Shown here: one piece after another, positions 55,561 to 64,000 of the stretch
Numbering within the stretch: the first letter of the stretch is position 1
Layout: each line of letters opens with the position of its first letter
NCBI GenBank assembly: GCA_002269645.1
Contig: NIVC01002300.1
Location: forward strand, 121,535 to 185,534
DNA length: 64,000 nt
Direction of reading: 5' to 3'
From: Macrostomum lignano
Lineage: Eukaryota
Translations under genes and position numbers: made by a program
Notes under the pieces: model-generated
Databases searched by the model: none
What the model saw: the letters and a program-made list of their open reading frames with translations, nothing else
What the model was told of the DNA's origin: nothing

Positions 55561-55895
55561 GAGCCTCTTCATATCGCTGGTTCGAAAAACAGAATCAGTT
55601 CCGGAACATGGTTCTGGTTCTAGAATATGGTTCGAGAAATTTTCTCGAACCGTTGTCATGTTTACACTTTAACAGTAAAATATATTTGAAATCGTCAATT
55701 TTTTATTATTGTTATATACTTATTCGTTTTTTGTCATATCCAAGAGGAAACAAAGTCAAAGAACGACAAAATTAAATTGTACGAAGTAAAGACTGTCAAA
55801 CATAAAATGGGTTCGAAGCTCCTCATTTCACACTGGTTCTGGTTCTAGAATTCGAATTTATTCTGATTCTAGAACCGATTGCCGTGAAGAGGCTC
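55561..55895. mobile_element. MITE with GAGCCTCTTCA TIR and 3-bp AGT duplication
   Basis: GAGCCTCTTCA at 55561 and TGAAGAGGCTC ending at 55895. AGT on both flanks. Confidence 0.6.
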
Positions 55896-56757
55896 AGTGA
55901 GTTTAGGGTGAGTGCAGAATTTTGTGTCATTTGGTTGAGCGGTTTGGGAGTCCATAGCCAAGTAATTTGTGCACAGACAGACAGAGACAGTTTTCATTTT
56001 TATAGGTATGATAAAACAAAATACAAAATAATTTACAGATAGCGAAAGGATTCGAATTTGAAAGTATACTTTATCTGGAAAAATATTTTTCTGTACATTT
56101 TACTGATTTTACTGATTTTACTGCATTTCGAATATAATTGAAGTCTTAGAGACCACACGATAGTTGTACTAAGGCGAGATTTCGAACCTAGAATTTTCTA
56201 TGAAAGCGTTGTATTTTATCACTATGGATAAGTTAATTTACGAATTTTAAAATGGTATTGTTTAGGTAACTTTTCATCTGAAATTTGTACTGTTACCTGG
56301 TAAGATTTGTAATTTCAACGAATTTTGCTAGGTTTCAATAATTTTGTCAATTTTTGTCGCCGTTTTATAATATATTTTTCCCAAGGCCTAAATTCATAAA
56401 CTATATTACTAGCTAAACAAAAAGTTGGATTATTCGATGTCATTGAAACTTACTCTCATTCATTTTTACTCATTAAATTTATCATCTATACTGCATCTGT
56501 AACTTGAAGTAGCTACATATATAGGTACTAGTTGATATTATTGTGGCTATTTTGACAAGCAAAAATGAGTAAAAAATGATGAATTCATTCATTATTCTGA
56601 ATCTTATTGGCATTGTATTTCATTTATAGCTAGAAATAATTTAGAAATTTGAAAATAAAACTTACAACAGCTATGTACATTGCCAAGAAAATATGACATT
56701 TTTTGCATACATTTTGATGCTATCAACTTTCAGCCTTGGTCGAAAAATTCTCCAACA

Positions 56758-59700
56758 ATGTTTAGAATTTTACTAGCTGTTGGAGTACTAGGCTCAGCAT
56801 TTCTGGCTTATCGAATGCAGGAGCCACTGCCAGACTATGTACAGGACAAAGGCATTGTGACTTATGTTCAGTCTGTGTTTAAAATCCTGGAAACTTTGGT
56901 GCGTTTTCAACTTGTTCCATGAAAGCAGCAAAAAAGTACACCGTTTTTGTGTAATGTTTCTAATTTAATAAATTAATAAAACTATTAAGGGTCGAATCGT
57001 TGAAGCGCTGGGCCTGACAACCATGGAAAAGTTCCGTCAGAGAGCTTTCAGCGCCATTGTGCCGGCTATTAAAAACTCGAGCAGGCTGCACTCTGTTGAA
57101 AAACAGTTTGCCGGCTCCCGCACCATTGTGGCTTGGCGACCAGAATCCTCTGATGGTCGAGCAGTTCCTGGTTTGTTCTGTTCTTAACTAGTTGCTATAA
57201 GCGATTCCACCGCTATGCAGAAAACATCGTCAAATCCCAGTTAACCCAGTCAGTCAGTGAATTCCTTGTCACAGGCAGTCAAATCCAGACAGTTAGATCC
57301 CAGTCAGTCATATACCAGTCAGTGAAATCCCAGTCAGTCAGTGAAATCCCAGTGAGTGAAATCCCAGTCAGTGAAATCCCAGTGAGTGAAATCCCAGTCA
57401 GTGAAATCCCAGTGAGTGAAATCCCAGTCAGTGAAATCCCAGTCAGTGAAATCCCAGTCAGTGAAATCCCAGTCAGTGAAATCCCAGTCATTGAAATCCC
57501 AGTCAGTGAAATCCCAGTCAGTGAAATCCCAGTCAGTGAAATCCCAGTCAGTCAGTGAAATCCCAGTCAGTCAGGGAAATCCCAGTCAGTGAAATCCCAG
57601 TCAGTGAAATCCCAGTCAGTGAAATCCCAGTCAGTCAGTGAAATCCCAGTCAGTCAGTGAAATCCCAGTCAGTCAGGGAAATCCCAGTCAGTGAAATCCC
57701 AGTCAATGAAATCCAAGTCAGTCAGTGAAATCCCAGTCAGTCAGTGAAATCCCAGTCAGTCAGGGAAATCCCAGTCAGTGAAATCCCAGTCAGTGAAATC
57801 CCAGTCAGTCAGGGAAATCCCAGTCAGTGAAATCCCAGTCAGTGAAATCCCAGTCAGTGAGTGAAATCCCAGTCAGTGAAATCCCAGTCAGTCAGTGAAA
57901 TCCCAGTCAGTGAAATCCCAGTCAGTCAGTAAAATCCCAGTCAGTGAAATCCCAGTCAGTGAAATCCCAGTCAGTCAATGAAATCCCAGTCAGTCAATGA
58001 AATCCCAGTCAGTCAATGAAATCCCAGTCAGTCAATGAAATCCCAGTCAGTCAAATCCCAGTCAGGGAAATCCCAGTCAGTAAAATAAAGATATTTTCTG
58101 GTAGTTTTCGGTGAGAAAATAGCGGCTCAATTGATTGAACCTGGCTTCAGGCTCGAAACCTGGCATCATCTACATTCATGGCGGCGGCTGGGCAATCGGA
58201 GCTCCCGAGTTCAACGTGAACCTCATCTCAGAAATGGTTGAGCGAGCCGGGGTCACCGTGTTTGCCATCAGGTGGGTGAGACACGCAGGAAATGGAGACA
58301 AACAGATGGAACGAGCGTAAAAGGACAGCCAGACAAACAGACACAAATTAGGAACACTAAGGGTCTAGGATATTGAGATACAAGTACACCAAGAGACACT
58401 ACAGGACAGGCGCTAGGAGACAGGCACTCAGAGACACACGCACTCAGAGACACACGCACTCAGAGACAGGCACTCAGAGACAGGCACTCAGAGACAGGGG
58501 CACTCAGAGACACACGCACTCAGAGACAGGCACTCAGAGACAGGCACTCAGAGACAGGGGCACTCAGAGACACACGCACTCAGAGACAGGCACTCAGAGA
58601 CAGGGGCACTCAGAGACACACGCACTCAGAGACAGGCACTCAGAGACACACGCACTCAGAGACAGGCACTCAGAGACAGGAACTCAGAGACAGGCACTCA
58701 GAGACAGGCACTCAGAGACAGGCACTCAGAGACAGGCACTCAGAGACAGGCACCAGACACACGCCCAAACTGCAGCTACCGCTTGTCCATCGAGCAGCGG
58801 TTTCCCGCGGCCTTCGAGGACAGCCTGGCCGCCACCCGGGCGATATTCGACTCGGCGGCCGACTTCAACGTCGATCCGCAGCGCATCGGCCTGTGCGGCG
58901 ACAGCGCCGGCGGACAGCTGGCGGCCTCGGTGGCCCAGGCGTTGCGCCGGTCAGCTCCGGAGCTCGGCGACGATTGGCGGCGCCCGAAGCTGCAGCTGCT
59001 GATCTACCCGGTGACGCAGGCGGCCAGTCTGCGCACCGAGTCCTACCTCACCCAGCAGGCGGAGCCGTTCCTCAAGCCCTGGCAGATGGCGGATTTTATC
59101 AGCATTTATCTGACCGGGTCCAGGGCCGCCTCTGATTGGCTGTTGAAGCATGGTCACGTGACTGCTGAACTGAGGGCCGCCTATCAGCGAGCCACTGGGC
59201 TGGAGCTGCAGCCATCGATGCTGAATGAGGCCGACTCGCAGGAGTTCGCAGCTGACGCGGATCTGGCCGCTAGGGTGAGTCATTATTCCAGATCCTGAGT
59301 TGCTGGGCCAGCCTCCCAGATCCTCAGTTGCTGGGCCACCAGCCTCCCAGGTCCTCAGTTGCTGGGATACCGCCACCAAAGACTGGGCCGCCACTCACAA
59401 ATTAGAATCCCCAAGCACACATGAAAATCCCCAGAACACACTAGAATCCCCAGAACACATTAGAATCACCAGAACACATTAGAATCCCCCGAACACATTA
59501 GAATCCCCAGAACACATTAAAATCCCCAGAACATATTAGAATCCCCAGAACACATTAGAATCCCCAGAACACATTAGAATCCCCCAGAACACATTAGAAT
59601 CCCCAGAACACATTAAAATCCCCAGAACATATTAGAATCCCCAGAACACATTAGAATCCCCAGAACACATTAGAATCCCCAGAACACATTAGAATCCCCC

Positions 59701-60636
59701 AGAACACATTAGAATCTCCAGAACACATTAAAATCCCCAGAACATATTAGAATCCCCAGAACACATTAGAATCCCAGAACACATTAGAATCCCAGAACAC
59801 ATTAGAATCCCCAGAACACATTAGAATCCCCAGAACACATTAGAATCCCAAGAACACATTAGAATCCCCAGAACATATTAGAATTCCCAGAACACATTAG
59901 AATCCCCAGAACACATTAGAATCCCAGAACACATTAGAATCCCAAGAACACATTAGAATCCCAGAACACATTAGAATGAACCTTTCACGCCGCAGGTTAC
60001 CTCCGCCACTGAACCGAGTCTCCCCGTTGCTGGGCCAGACCTGGAGAAGCTGGACCTTCCACAGCATTAGAATCCCCAGAGATGCTCTGCTGTACGCAGA
60101 TCATTAGAATCCCCAGAACCATTATCCCAAACATATTAGAATTCCCCAGAACACATTAGAATCCCCAGAACACATTAGAATCCCCAGAACACATTAGAAT
60201 CCCCCAGAACACATTAGAATCCCAAGAACACATTAGAATCCCAGAACATATTAGAATTCCCAGAACACATTAGAATCCCCAGAACACATTAGAATCCCCA
60301 GAACACATTAGAATCCCAAGAAACATTAGAATCCCCAGAACACATTAGTCAACTGAACCTTTCACGCCGCAGGTCGCCACCTCCGCCACTGACTACCGAG
60401 TCTCCCCGTTGCTGGGCGCAGACCTGGAGAAGCTGGACCTTCCACCAGCCTTCATCCTGGCCTGCGAGTTCGACCCGCTGCTTGACGATGCTCTGCTGTA
60501 CGCAGATCGATTAGAACGGTCGGGAGTTCGAGTCCAGCTGACCAGATTCTCAACATTCCACGCGGCGGTTGGATTCCCAAACGATGGCAGGGAGATTCGA
60601 GATCGTCTGGTTGAAATTCTGGAAAATCAGCTATGA
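56758..60636 (+). CDS. Arylacetamide deacetylase / hormone-sensitive-lipase family esterase; join(56758..56898,56990..57170,58151..58271,58776..59274,60373..60636), about 401 aa
   Basis: N-terminal membrane anchor, HGGGW oxyanion motif, YRL..E..FPAAFED, GDSAGG nucleophile, LIYP, ACEFDPLLDD (catalytic Asp) and FH (catalytic His). Splice phases are compatible. The exon 2 donor could alternatively lie about 15 nt earlier. Confidence 0.93.
57245..58082. repeat. 15/19-bp minisatellite (AGTGAAATCCCAGTC[AGTC])
   Basis: Direct reading. Esterase intron 2. Confidence 0.96.
58420..58755. repeat. 14-16-bp minisatellite (GAGACAGGCACTCA)
   Basis: Direct reading. Esterase intron 3. Confidence 0.94.
59395..60350. 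repeat. About 19-20-bp minisatellite (CACATTAGAATCCCCAGAA)
   Basis: Direct reading. Esterase intron 4. Confidence 0.95.
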
Positions 60637-60969
60637 TATGCTCAGGGGGACAAACTTGGGCTCAGAATGATAAATCAATTTTATGTAGTTCCAATGCTGT
60701 CCAAAATTCACGAAACTCTTCATTTGATTGCTTTAAAATGATTCTGGTATTAACTTTTTAATATTTAATTTTTACAAGCTTTCTACACAAAGAATTTTAA
60801 ACACAAATTGCCAATTTTAGTAAAAATACATTTTAATCATTTGGAATGACGTGAAAAACTTTTTTACTTTCTATAATTACGAGTACAAGTTTATGGAGCA
60901 GTTTCAAAAAGCCAAATAATTAATATTAACTTTATCAAACGATTTTTTCTTTGAAATTTAAGATAGGTG

Positions 60970-62195
60970 ATCACTGCTCAATCATCAAGACACTATGGGT
61001 GCTCACTCATCAAGACACTATGGGTGCTCACTCATCAAGATACAATGGGTGCTCACTCATCAAGACACTATGGGTGCTCACTCATCAAGACATTATGGGT
61101 GCTCACTCATCAAGACACTGAGTGCTCACTCATCAAGACACTGAGTGCTCACTCATCAAGACACTATGGGTGCTCACTCATCAAGACACTTATGGGGTGC
61201 TCACTCATCAAGACACTATGGGTGCCTCACTCATCAAGCACTATGGGTGCTCACTCATCAAGACACTATGGGTGCTCACTCATCAAGACAACTATGGGTG
61301 CTCACTCATCAAGACACTGAGTGCTCACTCATCAAGACACTATGGTGCTCACTCATCAAGACACTATGGGTGCTCACTCATCAAGACACTATGGGTGCTC
61401 ACTCATCAAGACACAATGGGTGCTCACTCATCAAGACACTATGGGTGCTCACTCATCAGACATTATGGGTGCTCACTCAACAAGACACTGAGTGCTCACT
61501 CATCAAGACACTGAGTGCTCACTCATCAAGACACTATGGGTGCTCACTCATCAAGACACTATGGGTGCTCACTCATCAAGACACTATGGGTGCTCACTCA
61601 TCAAGGCACTATGGGTGCTCACTCATCAAGACACTATGGGTGCTCACTCATCAAGACACTATGGGTGCTCACTCATCAAGACACTGAGTGCTCACTCATC
61701 AAGACACTATGGGTGCTCACTCATCAAGAAACTGTGGGTGCTCACTCATCAAGAAACTGTGGGTGCTCACTCATCAAGACACTATGGGTGCTCACTCATC
61801 AAGACACTGAGTGCTCACTCATCAAGACACTATGGGTGCTCACTCATCAAGATACTATGGGTGCTCACTCATCAAGACACTGAGTGCTCACTCATCAAGA
61901 CACTATGGGTGCTCACTCATCAAGATACTATGGTGCTCACTCATCAAGACACTGTGGGTGCTCACTCATCAAAGCACTATGGGTGCTCACTCATCAAGAC
62001 ACTGTGGGTGCTCACTCATCAAAGCACTATGGGTGCTCACTCATCAAGAAACTGTGGGTGCTCACTCATCAAAGCACTATGGTGCTCACTCATCAAGACA
62101 CTGTGGGTGCTCACTCATCAAGAAACTGTGGGTGCTCACTCATCAAAGCACTATGGGTGCTCACTCATTAAGACACTACGGTGCTCACTTTAAGA
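60970..62195. repeat. 23-25-bp minisatellite (GGGTGCTCACTCATCAAGACACTAT)
   Basis: Direct reading. Confidence 0.96.
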
Positions 62196-62599
62196 CACAA
62201 GGCATAAGAGTAGCTCGTATTTACCTGATAATCTTTCAAAAAGATTTTCTAATGACAAAGTGCTGGCTCCTATCGCTCTGTTTTCAAATTATCTGAGAAC
62301 TCGGCTGCCAACTGTACGCACTACGGCTAAAGTTTGATAAGAGAGCCAGTAAGACTCTTATTAGGAATGTCAATGCAGTGACACTTTGTGCTCAATCTTA
62401 TTCTCAGGAGCGTCGCTTAAGCTTGGAAGCAACAATCGCCTCTGCGAAGATTGAGTCTGCATAGCAGTTGGGCAGACTCAACTCAGAAATTCATGGCGGT
62501 GAGTTTAATTTTTCACCTTTAATTTTCAACGTACATTTAGATTGATTTTTCCTGCCAATCGGTCTACTGACGTTCTTTCTCCCCGCCTTTCCCTTCTAG

Positions 62600-63400
62600 C
62601 ATCTCCTTTCTCCTTTCTTCCATCTCCCTTCTCCCTACTTTCATCTCTCTCTCCCTGCTTTCATCTCCCTTCTCCCTACTTTCATGTCCCTTCCTCCCTT
62701 TCATCTCCCTTCTCCCTGCTTTCATCTCCCTTCTCCCTGCTTTCATCTCTCTTCTCCCTACTTTCATCTCCCTTCTCCCTGCTTTCATCTCCCTTCTCCC
62801 TGCTTTCATCTCCCTTCTCCCTGCTTTCATCTCCCTTCTCCCTGCTTTCATCTCCCTTCTCCCTGCTTTCATCTCCCTTCTCCCTGCTTTCATCTCCCTT
62901 CTCCCTGCTTTCATCTCCCTTCTCCTGCTTTCATCTCCCTTCTCCCTGCTTTCATCTCCCTTCTCCCTGCTTTCATCTCCCTTCTCCCTGCTTTCATCTC
63001 CCTTCTCCCTGCTTTCATCTCCCTTCTCCCTGCTTTCATCTCCCTTCTCCCTGCTTTCATCTCCCTTCTCCCTGCTTTCATCTCCCCTCTGCCTTCTTCC
63101 ATCTCCCTTCTCCCTGCTTTCATCTCCCTTCTCCCTGCTTTCATCTCCCTTCTCCCTGCTTTCATCTCCCCTCTGCCTTCTTCCATCTCCCTTCTCCCTG
63201 CTTTCATCTCCCTTCTCCCTGCTTTCATCTCCCTTCTCCCTTCTCCCATCTCCCCTCTGCCTTCTTCCATCTCCCCTCTGCCTTCTTCCATCTCCACTCT
63301 GCCTTCTCCATCTCCCCTCTCCCTTCTCCCATCTCCCCTCTCCCTTCTTCTATCTCCCCTCCCTTTTCTCATCAGCCTTCTTCCTTCAACCAGCCTCTCT
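62600..63400. repeat. 21-bp pyrimidine minisatellite (TTCATCTCCCTTCTCCCTGCT)
   Basis: Direct reading. Confidence 0.95.
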
Positions 63401-63452
63401 ATCTGTTCTATCTGTTACTAATCCATCATCTTCGCAACCTTCGCCACGGCAG

Positions 63453-63971
63453 ACCGCACCACCGACACCACTGACGCCACACCCGTGGAGGCGTCTCCAC
63501 CATCGTCAAGCCGCCGACTGAAGCTCGGCCTTCTGCTTACCGCATTCTTCACCCTACTGATTGGCCTCATTGTCATCGCAGTGCTGCTCGCCCAGCTGTC
63601 GACCACGCCGCCGCCGCCGCCGACTCCGACACCGAGGCCACCGAATCCGCCGCCGAGTCGTCGAATCGACTGCCTCTTCGACTATCGCCAGCTCGAGGGC
63701 GGCGCCAGCCGGCCAACTGCGAACAGCGCGGCTGCGTCTTCGAAGAAGTCGCCGACGACAGTCTAGGAGCGCCGAGCTGCTTCTATCCCGACAGCTCCCA
63801 GCGGCTCGGCTTTGATGCTGTTGAAGTCTCTTGACCATCGAGGAGGCGTCGGCGGCCTGACAGCCTGGCTGCGACCGCGGGGGTGACGGAGGCGGGCGAT
63901 ACTTTGTGGGCAATTTGCCGCATCTGAAGCTGACAGCGACTCACCTAAGTGACTCCACAGTTCGGATTCAG
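63453..63971 (+). CDS. 5' exon of a type II membrane GH31 alpha-glucosidase (MGAM/SI/GAA-like) with trefoil domain; frameshifted; gene continues beyond the window
   Basis: Signal anchor LGLLLTAFFTLLIGLIVIAVLLA, Pro/Thr stalk, RIDC...CEQRGC.F...APSCFYP trefoil motif, then GLTAWL...LKLTATHLSDSTVRIQ, with donor GTGAGT at 63972. Needs frame changes at about 63712 and about 63830. A possible ATG micro-exon lies at 62493-62498. Confidence 0.78.
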
Positions 63972-64000
63972 GTGAGTCTTCGAGGGCTCCCCAGCTGCCA

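Noticed and set aside
62542-63474. 310-aa Ser/Pro/Phe-rich ORF
   Set aside because: Translation of the 21-bp pyrimidine minisatellite in the presumed first intron of the GH31 gene.

Overview
This is eukaryotic (metazoan) genomic DNA, not prokaryotic. GC-rich spliced exons sit in AT-rich introns loaded with (TCTG)n microsatellites and many different minisatellites. The style is consistent with a free-living flatworm such as Macrostomum (inference only). Most long ORFs in the supplied track are repeat artefacts. Splicing by hand (GT-AG sites, phase-checked) gives these genes: an intronless class A GPCR (+); a two-exon, leader-bearing, single-domain bacterial-type thermonuclease/SNase (+, a horizontal-transfer candidate and the most striking feature); a five-exon EGF+TSP1 membrane protein (-); two small orphan membrane proteins (+); a Cys-loop anion channel (+); a tandem pair of compact TRPC-like channels (-) with patches of perfect identity; an AADAC/HSL-family esterase (+); and the 5' end of a GH31 glucosidase with a trefoil domain (+, runs off the window). 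Mobile DNA includes an intact Tc1/mariner-superfamily element (327-bp TIRs, TA TSD, unusual DD32E triad), a 5'-inverted RTE-type LINE fragment with TSD inside a 51-bp satellite, several MITEs and a tRNA-derived SINE family. Three genes carry single-base frameshifts in short homopolymers, which may be long-read errors.
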